Of a stretch of DNA of 61,239 nucleotides, positions 42,223 to 52,600 are shown piece after piece. The DNA is from an uncultured Iamiaceae bacterium. Lineage in GTDB: Bacteria > Actinomycetota > Acidimicrobiia > Acidimicrobiales > Iamiaceae. A program made the translations under genes and the position numbers. Position 1 is the stretch's first letter, and each line of letters opens with the position of its first letter. The stretch is from NCBI GenBank assembly GCA_964624775.1, contig CAZUYW010000001.1, positions 1 to 61,239 of the forward strand, given 5' to 3'. The notes beneath the pieces are model-generated. The model saw nothing but the letters and a program-made list of their open reading frames with translations, was not told the DNA's origin and searched no databases.

Positions 42223-43911
42223 TCAGCCCTCGCTCAGGGCGGTCGTCACCGGCAGGTCGACGCCGATGCGCTCGACGGTGATCGAGCCGCCGAGGCGCGG
42301 CGTCGCGTAGGCGACGGTGGCCGGGACGAGCTGGAGGGTGAGGCCGTGGCCAGGGCGGACGAGCTGGGCGATGACCTCGAGGTCGACCTCGACCGTGTGG
42401 GTCTTGCCGTCGAGGGTGACTTCGATCGGGGTGATCTGGTTGCCGACCACCACGCCGAGGTCGTCATCGACGAGCTGGGCGAAGATGCGGGTCGGTCGCT
42501 CCCCATCGGGGGTGGTGCCGTGGTACTGGAGCGTGAGCTTCGGGGCGCCGACCACGAGCGCGTCGTCGACCGCGTCCTCGAGCGGCAGGTCGATGCCGCC
42601 GGTCGCCTTGGCGGGGGTGATGCCGGCCACGGCGCCGCCGAGCGGGTCGCTGGGGTCGACGCCGTCGGTGAGGGGCCCGGCGGTGGCGGCGGCGTCGAGG
42701 GCCATGGTCTGCTCGGTGGCGTCGCTGGTCTCGAGGTGGTCGTCGGCCTTCCACGGGTAGTCGTCGCCGGTCCAGGCGGTCCCAGCCTGGTCGAGCGTCT
42801 CGAACGTGGGCACCTTCGGGGCGCTGTCATCGCCCTTCAGGTAGCGGGCGAGCCAGTCGAACTGGGCGTGGGCGACGCGCTCGCCGTCGCCCGGGTCGGT
42901 GAGGCAGGTCCCGTGGCCGCCGCAGAACCACAGCATCGCGGCGGGCACGTCGTTGCCCTGGAGGATCCGCAGGTTGGTGATCGCCTCGTCGAGCGTGAAC
43001 AGGGTGTCGACGGTGCCCTGCAGGATGAGCGTGGGCACCCGCACCTTGCCGACGAGCTCGTCGCCGGGGCCGCGGTCGCGGAACCACTGCTCGTCCTCCT
43101 CGGAGAGCGCGCCCGTGGCGGTGCCCGACTCGTAGGCGCTCATGATGTGCGGGTCGAGCGACGCCGACGAGGCCGACGAGGTGAGCAGCGTCGACCAGCC
43201 CTGCTTGACGGTGCGGTTCTTGAACAGCGAGGTCTCGAGCGAGTGCCAGGCGATGCCGGGCACGAGGGCGTCCACCCGGCAGTCGATGGCGGCGGTCACG
43301 AACTGGATGCCGCCGCCGTAGGAGAAGCCGACCATGCCGGCGCGCGGGTCGGCGGTGCGGTCGAGCTCTGCCTCGGGCTGCTGGGCCACGAAGTCGAGGA
43401 GGGCCTGGACGTCACGTCCCTCATGGTCCTTGCTGTCGACGGTGGCCTTGCCCGTGGACGAGCCGAACCCGCGGGGGTCCCAGGTGAGGACGTTGTAGCC
43501 CTGGTCGTGCATCGACGAGATGGACAGGGCGCCGAAGATGGCGGCGCCGTCCTGGGAGGTGTCGCCCGACATGGACCAGCCCGGGCCCATCAGGAGCGTG
43601 GGCGCCGGCTTGGCCTTCGACGCGCCGTCGAGCGGGAACCAGTTCGCCCGGATGTCGGTGCCGTCGAACGAGGTGACGGTCCAGGCGAAGTCGGACCCGG
43701 CGACGGGGGTGGCCTGCAGGTCCTCGATCGACGGACCCTGGTCGCACGTGCCGTCGGCGGCGGCCTTCGCCGTGGTGGACGTGGTCGCCCCAGCCTTGGC
43801 GGTGGTGGAGGAGGCGGCGCCGTCGGAGCCGTCGCTCGAGCTGCAGGCGCTGGCGAGCAGGGCCAGGGCGACGACGGACGCGGCGAGGATCGGGGTGGGG
43901 CGGCGGAGCAC
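42223..43911 (-). CDS. CocE/NonD (peptidase S15-like) alpha/beta hydrolase lipoprotein
   Basis: Lipobox LASAC; WDPRGFG, nucleophile GFSYGG, QGTVDTLF, CGGH. Confidence 0.87.
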   Translation of the reverse strand: MLRRPTPILAASVVALALLASACSSSDGSDGAASSTTAKAGATTSTTAKAAADGTCDQGPSIEDLQATPVAGSDFAWTVTSFDGTDIRANWFPLDGASKAKPAPTLLMGPGWSMSGDTSQDGAAIFGALSISSMHDQGYNVLTWDPRGFGSSTGKATVDSKDHEGRDVQALLDFVAQQPEAELDRTADPRAGMVGFSYGGGIQFVTAAIDCRVDALVPGIAWHSLETSLFKNRTVKQGWSTLLTSSASSASLDPHIMSAYESGTATGALSEEDEQWFRDRGPGDELVGKVRVPTLILQGTVDTLFTLDEAITNLRILQGNDVPAAMLWFCGGHGTCLTDPGDGERVAHAQFDWLARYLKGDDSAPKVPTFETLDQAGTAWTGDDYPWKADDHLETSDATEQTMALDAAATAGPLTDGVDPSDPLGGAVAGITPAKATGGIDLPLEDAVDDALVVGAPKLTLQYHGTTPDGERPTRIFAQLVDDDLGVVVGNQITPIEVTLDGKTHTVEVDLEVIAQLVRPGHGLTLQLVPATVAYATPRLGGSITVERIGVDLPVTTALSEG

Positions 43912-43980
43912 GGGGGGAGGGTACCGGCCGCCGTGGACCGGCGCCGGTGGCGCGGCCCGGCTCGGCTCAGCGGGCTCGGA

Positions 43981-44754
43981 TCACCAGCGGAACGTGTCGA
44001 GCACCCGGGTCACGAGGGCGACGTCGCCGATGACGTCGACGGTCGCGAGCGGGCGGCGTCGGTACAGGGCGAGGAGCAGGTCCTCGACCCGACCGCGCAC
44101 GGCGGCGTCGCCCTTGGCGTGGCGGGCCTCGACCTCGACGGCGTCGCCGGTGAAGGTGAGCAGCCACTCGGCGTTCTCGGCGGGTGCGGGGTCGTCGGTG
44201 CCGTGCAGGTGGATGGAGCCGGTGAGGTCGGCGGGGTAGGGGCCGTGGCGCTGGGGCCACCGCACGGCGAGGAACAGGCTGGCCCACTCGTCGATGCCGT
44301 CCGCGGCGAGATCGAGGTCCATCGGGTCGGGAGCGGGGCCGCCGGCCGCGTGCACGGCGTCGGCGGCGTCCATCCGGTGCACGTTGACCTCGTTGGCCTG
44401 GCGTCGGGCCCAGAACGCCACGGTGCCCGGGCCGACGAAGGTCGGTGCGGGCTGCTGCGGGTCGCGGGCGGCGAGCTCGTCGGCCAGCTCCTCGACGGCG
44501 AGCCGGTAGTCGTCGAGGCAGGCGGGCCCGGTGGGCGGCTCGGGCTGGTCGGCGGCACGGGTCGTGAGGTCGGCGGCGGCTCCGGCACGCAGGGTGGCGG
44601 TCACCCAGCGATGGACCTGGGCGGTGTGGCGCACGACGGACTCGAGCGTCCAGTCCGCGATGGCGGGCACCGGGGCGTCGAGGGCGTCGGCGGGCATGGC
44701 CGCGAGGCGGGCGCCCTCGGCGCGGAGCAGGTCGATGTGGCGTGCGGGATCCAT
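43981..44754 (-). CDS. Mycothiol-dependent maleylpyruvate isomerase-family (MDMPI/DinB-like) protein
   Basis: DWTLESVVRH, RRQANEVNVHRMD, ADGIDE, LLLALYRR. Confidence 0.85.
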   Translation of the reverse strand: MDPARHIDLLRAEGARLAAMPADALDAPVPAIADWTLESVVRHTAQVHRWVTATLRAGAAADLTTRAADQPEPPTGPACLDDYRLAVEELADELAARDPQQPAPTFVGPGTVAFWARRQANEVNVHRMDAADAVHAAGGPAPDPMDLDLAADGIDEWASLFLAVRWPQRHGPYPADLTGSIHLHGTDDPAPAENAEWLLTFTGDAVEVEARHAKGDAAVRGRVEDLLLALYRRRPLATVDVIGDVALVTRVLDTFRW

Positions 44755-44847
44755 CGGGTCAGTCTCGCCGCATCCCGCCCGACGGCCACCAGGAGTTCAC
44801 CGGCGACGGGTTGGGGCGGCCAAACCGCCGCGCCTAGGTTGTCCGCC

Positions 44848-46398
44848 ATGCCGGAGCACCCCATTCGCGAGCGCCTCGACGACCTGCACGCCCGCAAGGA
44901 GCAGGCTCGGAACCCCGGGTCGGAGCGCTCGGTCAAGCGCCAGCACGACCGCGGGAAGATGCTGGCCCGCGAGCGCATCGAGTACCTGCTCGACGAGGGC
45001 TCGTTCCGCGAGCTCGACATGCTCGCCCGGCACCGCAACCCCGACATCGAGGACCGCCCCTACACGGACGGCGTCATCACCGGCTGGGGTACCGTCGACG
45101 GCCGCAAGGTCTTCGTGTTCTCGCAGGACTTCACCCTCTTCGGCGGTGCGCTGGGCGAGGTCTTCGCCGAGAAGATCCACAAGCTCATGGACATGTCGCT
45201 CAAGGTCGGCGCCCCGCTCGTGGGCCTCAACGACGGCGCCGGCGCCCGCATCCAGGAGGGCCCGGTCAGCCTGGCCTCCTACGGCGGCATCTTCTACCGG
45301 AACGTGAAGGCCTCGGGCGTCACGCCCCAGATCTCGGTGATCATGGGCCCCTGCGCCGGTGGCGCCGTCTACAGCCCGGCCATGACGGACTTCATCTTCA
45401 TGGTCGAGGACACGTCGTACATGTTCATCACCGGCCCCGACGTCGTGAAGACCGTGACCGGCGAGGACGTCACCCAGCAGGAGCTGGGCGGTGCCCAGAC
45501 CCACTCGGCGAAGTCCGGCATCGCCGCCTTCACCGCCCCGGACGACAAGGCCGTCCTCGACGACGTGCGCTTCCTGTTGAGCTTCCTGCCCTCGAACAAC
45601 CTCGAGACCGCCCCCGAGCTGGACTCGGGCGATCCGCACGATCGCGCCTGCCTCGAGCTGGTCGACATCATGCCGGACTCCGCCAACGTGCCCTACGACA
45701 TGCGGACCGTGATCGAGGTGGTCGCCGACGACAACGAGTTCTTCGAGTACTTCCCGAAGTGGGCCACCAACATCGTGTGCGGGTTCGTGCGCCTCGGCGG
45801 CCAGTCGGTCGGCGTGGTCGGCAACCAGCCGATGGCCTATGCAGGCGTGCTCGACATCGAGGCGTCCGAGAAGGCCGCCCGCTTCGTGCGGACCTGCGAC
45901 AGCTTCAACATCCCGCTCGTGACCTTCGTCGACGTGCCCGGGTTCCTGCCCGGCGTCGACCAGGAGTACAACGGCATCATCCGCCACGGCGCCAAGCTGC
46001 TCTACGCGTACTGCGAGGCCACCGTGCCCCGCATCCAGGTCATCACCCGCAAGGCCTACGGCGGCGCCTACGTGGTCATGAACTCCAAGTCGATCGGTGC
46101 CGACCTCGCCTATGCGTGGCCGTCGGCCGAGCTCGCGGTGATGGGCGCCTCCGGCGCCGTCGAGATCCTGAACCGGGCCGAGATCGCCGCCGCCGAGGAC
46201 AAGGACGCCGCCAAGGCGCAGCTCATCGACGACTACTCCGAGAAGTGGCTCAACCCCTATGTGGCCGCCGAGCGGGGCTACGTCGACGATGTGATCGACC
46301 CGGCCGACACCCGCAAGATGCTGATCGACGGCCTGCGCATGCTCGACTCCAAGAAGGAAGAGCTCCCGCCCCGCAAGCACGGCAACATGCCGCTGTAG
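44848..46398 (+). CDS. pccB: Acyl-CoA (propionyl-CoA-type) carboxylase carboxyltransferase beta subunit
   Basis: GARIQEG, GPCAGGAVY, DVPGFLPG, RKAYGGAY, RKHGNMPL; C-terminal part of the 42346..46398 ORF. Confidence 0.9.
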   Translation: MPEHPIRERLDDLHARKEQARNPGSERSVKRQHDRGKMLARERIEYLLDEGSFRELDMLARHRNPDIEDRPYTDGVITGWGTVDGRKVFVFSQDFTLFGGALGEVFAEKIHKLMDMSLKVGAPLVGLNDGAGARIQEGPVSLASYGGIFYRNVKASGVTPQISVIMGPCAGGAVYSPAMTDFIFMVEDTSYMFITGPDVVKTVTGEDVTQQELGGAQTHSAKSGIAAFTAPDDKAVLDDVRFLLSFLPSNNLETAPELDSGDPHDRACLELVDIMPDSANVPYDMRTVIEVVADDNEFFEYFPKWATNIVCGFVRLGGQSVGVVGNQPMAYAGVLDIEASEKAARFVRTCDSFNIPLVTFVDVPGFLPGVDQEYNGIIRHGAKLLYAYCEATVPRIQVITRKAYGGAYVVMNSKSIGADLAYAWPSAELAVMGASGAVEILNRAEIAAAEDKDAAKAQLIDDYSEKWLNPYVAAERGYVDDVIDPADTRKMLIDGLRMLDSKKEELPPRKHGNMPL

Positions 46399-46409
46399 GG
46401 AGCCCGATC

Positions 46410-46592
46410 GTGTCCGAGCTGCGCATCACGCCCAACCCCACCGATGAGGAGGTGGCGGCCATCACCGCCGCCGTCGAGGTGGCGTGGCCCCGTGCCGCCG
46501 CGGCGGCCGGCCACGAGCACGCGCCGCGCTGGCGCTGGTCGGGCCGCTGGTGGACCAAGCCGGTCGCCCAGCGCCGCGTCCGTCCCTGGTAG
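46410..46592 (+). CDS. Acyl-CoA carboxylase epsilon subunit-like protein
   Basis: PNPTDEEVAAITAAV...RW..GRW, immediately after the beta subunit. Confidence 0.8.
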   Translation: MSELRITPNPTDEEVAAITAAVEVAWPRAAAAAGHEHAPRWRWSGRWWTKPVAQRRVRPW

Positions 46593-46653
46593 CGGGCGCG
46601 CCCGCTCACCACTCGTCGGCCCGTCGGCCGAGGTGCCCGGTAGGGTCCACCAC

Positions 46654-47712
46654 GTGCCCGACACGCCGGACCAGGACCTGCTCGACACGATCACCCACGC
46701 CGGGTCGCCCGCGGAGCTGACCACGGTCGCCACCACCTACGCCGTCGCCCACCGGGGCCTCGAGGTGATCCGCCTCGACGGCCTGGCGCCCGACACCGAG
46801 CACGAGCTCGAGGGCTTCGCGTTCCGCACGCTGCCCGAGCCGGGTGCGCTCCTCGCCACCTTCGCCACGGTCAACGACGTGCACTTCGGCGAGGTCGAGT
46901 GCGGGATCATCGACGGCTCCGACATCGGCCCCACCTTCCGGGCGCCCGAGGGCGGCCCGCCGTATCCCCAGCTCATGAACCGGGCGGCCGTCGCCGAGAT
47001 CGCCGCCCTCGACCCGGCCGCGGTGGTGGTGAAGGGCGATCTCACCTCCAACGGCACCCAGGCCGAGTTCGAGGCGTTCCTCGCCTGCTACGCACCGTTC
47101 GGCGACCGGCTCGTTGCCGTGGCCGGCAACCACGAGTCGTACCACCACGCCACCTTCGCCCGCGACCCGTGGCAGGCCATCACCCTCCCCGGCGCGATCC
47201 TCGCCGTGCTCGACACGTCGGTCGACGCCAAGACGGCCGGTGACCTCACGGCCGACCAGCTCGACTGGCTCGACGCCCTCGCCGCCGACGCCGACCGCAC
47301 CGTGCTCGTGTTCGCCCACCATCCGCTCGGCGACCCCGACTCGCCCGAGAAGGCCGACCGCACGTTCTGCCTCGACCTCGACGCGTCGGCCCGGCTGCTC
47401 GCCCTGGTCGGGCGCCGCCCCCGCATCCGCGGCTACTTCGCCGGCCACACCCATCGGAACCGCGTGCGCCGGTTCGCGCCGACCGGCGACGTCCCGTGGG
47501 TCGAGGTGGCGAGCGTGAAGGAGTACCCGGGTGCGTGGGCCGAGTACCGGGTCCACGAAGGCGCGATCCTCCAGATCGTGCACCGCGTCGGTGCGCCCGA
47601 GGCGATGGCCTGGACCGAACAGACCCGGCACATGTATGCCGGGCTGTTCCACGACTACGCGTTCGGCGAGCTCGGCGACCGGTGCTTCGCCATCCCGCAC
47701 GAACCTGCCTGA
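46654..47712 (+). CDS. Calcineurin-like metallophosphoesterase (CpdA/Icc-like)
   Basis: DVH, GD, GNHE, HH, GHTH motifs. Confidence 0.88.
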   Translation: MPDTPDQDLLDTITHAGSPAELTTVATTYAVAHRGLEVIRLDGLAPDTEHELEGFAFRTLPEPGALLATFATVNDVHFGEVECGIIDGSDIGPTFRAPEGGPPYPQLMNRAAVAEIAALDPAAVVVKGDLTSNGTQAEFEAFLACYAPFGDRLVAVAGNHESYHHATFARDPWQAITLPGAILAVLDTSVDAKTAGDLTADQLDWLDALAADADRTVLVFAHHPLGDPDSPEKADRTFCLDLDASARLLALVGRRPRIRGYFAGHTHRNRVRRFAPTGDVPWVEVASVKEYPGAWAEYRVHEGAILQIVHRVGAPEAMAWTEQTRHMYAGLFHDYAFGELGDRCFAIPHEPA

Positions 47713-47723
47713 CCCGAGGACCC

Positions 47724-48353
47724 ATGGCCGACCACATCTTCGACACCGGCGAGACCGCCGCCGCCTTCCGCTACGCCAGCACCTGGTGGCGCTCGATCGT
47801 CGGGGCGATCGACGACCACCAGTGGGACGGCCCCGGTCTCGGCGAGTGGACCGTGCGGGAGCTCGTCGCCCACGGCGATCGGGCCTACAAGACGATCATC
47901 GACTACCTCGACGACGGCGTGAAGGACCCCACCGAGGTGTACTCGGCCGCGAGCTACTTCCGGATCGTGCTCGCCGAGCAGACCCCGCACGTCCACATCG
48001 CGGCCCGGGCCCGCAAGGAGGCGGCCGAGGTCGTCGACTGGCTCGCCGAGACCGACGAGCTGGGCAACGCCGCGGAGCGCCTCGTGTCCCGCCGGCCCGG
48101 CGACACCCCGGTGCACACGTTCGTGGGCGAGATGCACCTCGACCAGTACCTCGCGACCCGGGTGGTGGAGCTGGTCGTGCACGGCCTCGACCTGAGCCAC
48201 GCGATCGGCCTGCCCACCTCGGCGCCGCCCGCCGCGGCACGCGTCGCCCTCACCGTGCTGCTCGATCTGTGCATCGAGGAGGAGCTGTCGGACCTCCTGC
48301 GGCTGCTCACCGGGCGCGACCACGGGATCGCCCTGCGGAACATCCTCGGATGA
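47724..48353 (+). CDS. MDMPI N-terminal-domain (DinB-like) protein
   Basis: GLGEWTVRELVAH, TRVVELVVHGLDL, LTGR. Confidence 0.85.
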   Translation: MADHIFDTGETAAAFRYASTWWRSIVGAIDDHQWDGPGLGEWTVRELVAHGDRAYKTIIDYLDDGVKDPTEVYSAASYFRIVLAEQTPHVHIAARARKEAAEVVDWLAETDELGNAAERLVSRRPGDTPVHTFVGEMHLDQYLATRVVELVVHGLDLSHAIGLPTSAPPAAARVALTVLLDLCIEEELSDLLRLLTGRDHGIALRNILG

Positions 48354-49498
48354 GCGGCTCCCCGCCGCCTCCCGGCCCGGCCGACGGCCCGCTGCACGAC
48401 CTCCGGGTCATCGACCTGTCGACCGTCGTCGCCGGCCCGGGCTGCGCCCGCTACCTCGCCGACTTCGGGGCCGACGTCATCAAGGTCGAGCGCCCGGGCA
48501 CCGGCGACAGCACCCGCGGCATGGGCTGGGTGGACCCGAGCGACGACGTCACCCTCTGGTGGAAGCTCGTGGGCCGGAACAAGCGCACGATCGTGCTCGA
48601 CCTGAAGGACCCGGACGACCTCGGCGCGCTGCGCCGCCTGCTGGCCGACGCCGACGTCCTGGTGGAGAACTTCCGGCCCGGCACGCTCGAGCGGCTCGGC
48701 CTGGACCCCGCCGATCTCATCGAGGCCAACCCGCGGCTGGTCATCACCCGGGTGAGCGGCTTCGGCCAGGACGGGCCCTACGCCCGCAAGCCCGGGTTCG
48801 CCACGCTCGCCGAGGCCATGTCGGGCTTCGCGGCGATCAACGGCGAGGCTGACGGCGGACCCCTCCTCCCGCCGATCGCCCTCACCGACGAGGTCACCGC
48901 GCTGGTGGCGGCGTTCGCCACCATGGTCGCCGTCCACTCGGGCGTCGGCCAGACCGTCGACGTCAACCTCCTCGACTCGCTGTTCCAGCTGATGGGCCCG
49001 CTCATGGGCGCCTGGAAGCTCCAGGGCTACCTCCAGGAACGGATGGGCTCCTCGATCCCGTACTCGGTGCCGCGGGGCACGTTCCGCTGCTCGGACGGCG
49101 AGTGGGTCGCCATCTCCAGCTCGGCCGACACGGTGGCCGCCCGGGTCATGGACCTCATCGGGCTCGGGGATGATCCCCGGTTCGCCGACTTCGCCGGGCG
49201 GGTCGAGCACCGGACCGTGGTCGACGAGGCCATGACCGCGTTCTGCGCCGCCCGGACGCGGGCCGAGGTGCTGGCGATCTTCGACGAGGCCCACGCCGCG
49301 GCCGCGCCCGTGTACGCCATGGATGAGCTGGCCGAGGACCCCCACGCGCTGGCGCGTGGCCTGGTGGCCGAGGTCGACGGCGTGCCGATGCAGGGCCTCG
49401 TGGCCCGCCTGTCGGCCACGCCCGGACGCCTCCGCTGGGCGGGCCGGCCCCTCGGTGCCGACACCGACGCCGTCCTCGCCGAGCTCGACGAGCCCTGA
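48350..49498 (+). CDS. CaiB/BaiF family III CoA-transferase
   Basis: GPLHDLRVIDL, GADVIKVE, RNKR, ENFRPG, GFGQDGPY; ATGA overlap. Confidence 0.92.
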   Translation: MSGSPPPPGPADGPLHDLRVIDLSTVVAGPGCARYLADFGADVIKVERPGTGDSTRGMGWVDPSDDVTLWWKLVGRNKRTIVLDLKDPDDLGALRRLLADADVLVENFRPGTLERLGLDPADLIEANPRLVITRVSGFGQDGPYARKPGFATLAEAMSGFAAINGEADGGPLLPPIALTDEVTALVAAFATMVAVHSGVGQTVDVNLLDSLFQLMGPLMGAWKLQGYLQERMGSSIPYSVPRGTFRCSDGEWVAISSSADTVAARVMDLIGLGDDPRFADFAGRVEHRTVVDEAMTAFCAARTRAEVLAIFDEAHAAAAPVYAMDELAEDPHALARGLVAEVDGVPMQGLVARLSATPGRLRWAGRPLGADTDAVLAELDEP

Positions 49499-49609
49499 TC
49501 CGAACCTCGTCGCTCGGGCCGGACTTGGCACGGATTGGGCTATTCGGTCCCTGACCAGCTCCGTACGGTCCCCTGCACCCGCCGCGTGATGGTGGGCCGA
49601 CCGTGAGGA

Positions 49610-52600
49610 GTGCTGATCGTGCAGGTGATCGAGGGACATCGAGGCGGACGCGTCCTTGCGGGCACGAGGTTCCGCCGAGCCGTGATCCTGGGGGTGGCGG
49701 CGGTGGCGATGGCGGCGGCCGGCACCATGGCGCTGGCGTTCGGCGGGCAGCGTCCGGCCGGCGCCAGCGCCGTGTCGTGCTCGCACCAGTCCGGTGACAC
49801 GATCAAGGACTTCGTCGGCGCGTCAGGGGGCGCGTTCGGCGAGGCCTCGAACTGGAGCCCCGTCGGGGTTCCGGACGCGACGTCGATCGTCTGCGTCCCC
49901 GCCGGGAAGACCGTCAACGTCACCAACGGGGTGCAGGTCGCAGGCATCAACGTCGCCGGCGGCCTGCACGTCGATGCAGGTGTTGGGCTGACGGTGCAGG
50001 GAACCGGTGCCAGCGTCCCCTCCACCGTGGCGAGCGGAGGGATCATCCACGACCTGGACCTCGACGGGGTCCTCGCCGGCTCGGCCGCCGTCGACCTGAC
50101 CGGCACCGTCGACCTCCGGTCCGGTTCGGTTCGCGGGCCCGGGACGCGGACCGTCGTGAGCGGAGCGACGGCCCAACTCGGTGGATCGGGGTGGATCGGC
50201 GGCGATGGCGCCGCCGCCGAACTCGTGATCGCCGGCACCGCGACGGCGGGCAGCGGTGGCGACGTGTTCGTCGCGGGGGAGGCGAGGCTCGTCGTCGCGA
50301 GTGGTGGCCGGCTCGTCCTGACGGCGACCGATGGCAGCAGCATCCGCTCCGCCGGGTGGTCACCGTCGATCCACGTGCTCGCCGGTGGCACGATCGAACG
50401 AACCGGTGGTGGCGAGGGATCGGTCCTCGCCGTTCCGATCGACAACGACGGCACCGTGCTGGCGTCGGGTGGCGACCTCGTCGTCCAGGGCCAGAGCCCG
50501 GAGGGAACCAGCGATGGGGGCACGTGGCGCGCCACCCTCGGCACGATCCGCCTGCAGGCCAGCCGAGCCCTCGGGCCCGGCGCTGCGGTCACCGGTGCCA
50601 ACGGGCTCCAGGTCGAGGCCGGCACCCTGTCCACCCCGACCGCCCAGGGAACCCAGATGAGCCGCCTGATGGTCCGCGGCGCGCGCCTGACTGGCAGCCA
50701 GACGATCTCGAGCTCGTTGATCCTCGTCGATGGGGCGAGCCTGGACGACACGGGGACGACGACGATCGCGAGCAGCGCGACCGGCACGATCGCGGCGGTC
50801 GACGTGCGCAACGGCCACGTGCTGGAGAACGCCGGAAGCCTCACCTGGGCCGGCCAGTACTTCCGCGCTTGCAGCGGCGGTCTCGTGGACAATCGGGCTG
50901 GGGGTGCGCTCTACCTCGCGGAGCCGGCGGGGTACGGCCTCGATTCGTGCGAGTCGCCCGCGGGTCGGGTCCTCAACCGTTCCGGCGCCACGGTGGTGAA
51001 GGTCAGCTCGACCGCGACGACCCTCTCCGTGCCCTTCGACAACGACGGGGATGTCCAGGTTGCCGAGGGACTCCTCACGGTCACGGCGCCGGGGTCCGCC
51101 GGGAGCGCGGGCGACTCCGGAAGCTGGCGATCCCTCGCCGGCGGGACGCTCGACTTCTCGGTCGGTGCGGAGCGACGGTTCGACGGCGGATCGATCGGTG
51201 GCACGGGAACGACCAACTTCAGCGGTGGCTCCTTCACCGGCACCCCCCAGATCCAGAAGCTCACGTGGCGCGGTGGCACGTTCTCGGGTGCGGGACCAGC
51301 GACGGTGACCGGCAGCCTCACGACCGAAGGCTCCGTGCTCCTCGCCGGCCACCTGGTCAACCGCGGTTCGCTCACCTGGCCGGGCAACGGACAGATCATC
51401 GTCGGCGACGGTGCCGAGCTCCGCAACGGGTCGGGTGGGACGCTGCTCATCACCGACCAGATCGGCTACCAGATCACGAGCTACGGAACCGGTGTGCTGG
51501 TCAACGAGGCCGGCGGCCTGATCAAGAAGACCACCGGCTCGACGTCGTGGCTCGCGACGACCCTCGACAACGCGGGCACGGTGGAGGCGGCCGCGGGCGT
51601 GCTGCGGATCTCGGGGTCGAGCTCCCCCCTGGGAGCTGACACCGGCACCTACCGTGCGTCGGCCACCGGGAAGTTGGCGTTCGAGGGCGGCACCCGCACG
51701 TTCGGCACTGGCGGCACGATGCGGGGGCCGGGGGCGGTCCTCGCCGACAAGGCCGGCAGCATCCAGTGGAACGGGACCGCCTTCACCGGCACCCCGACGG
51801 TGGCTGCCGCCACGGTCGAGTGGATCGCCGGCGGACCCGTCGCCCCGAGCGTGGTCACCATCGGTGCCGACGCCCGGCTCGAGTGGAACGCCGCCACCCT
51901 GGCGGGGGGCACGATCCGCAACCTCGGGACGACGGTGTGGAACACGGACGGGGGGTGGCGGAGCGTGGGTGCAGGAGCGGTGTTCGCCAACGCGGGCACG
52001 TTCGACATCACCGGGTACGGCGGGCGCCTGGCCGACGGCGGAACGGCGGTGAGCTCGGGCCGCTTCGTCAACGAGGCGACGGGCACCGTGCGGTCTCGGG
52101 CGCTCGGTGCCGTCTCCGTCTCGGTGCCGTTCCGCAACGACGGCACGGTCGCCGTCGAGGCCGGCTCGCTGGCCTTCGACGGGCCGGCCGGGGCGTTGGA
52201 GAACTACGTCGCCGCCACCAAGACCCTCTCGGGCGGGCGCTTCGACGTGTCCGCGACGCTCACCCTCCCGGGTGAGGTGTTCACCTTGGACGGGGGCATG
52301 GTGGCGCGGACCGGCGCGAAGGTCTTGACCTCGAAGAAGTCGGCGTTGGTGATCACGACCGTCACCGACCATGGCCTCCTCGACGTTGCCCCAGGTGTCC
52401 TCGTGCAGGACATCGGCTGGTTCCAGAACCACGGGCGCGTCAGGTCCGGCCTGTCGGTGAAGGGCACCCTGCGCCAGACGAGCGGATCGATCGACGTGGC
52501 CATCGGTCGGGAGCTCCGCGCGCAGGGTTCGCCGTTTACCTCCTGGGACAACCTGAATCGGGTCATCCTCGACGGCGGGACCCTCAGCGGTCTGGGCACG

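Noticed and set aside
42346-46398. 1350-aa ORF suggesting a giant carboxylase
   Set aside because: Only 44848-46398 is carboxyltransferase; the upstream part is antisense to two real minus-strand genes
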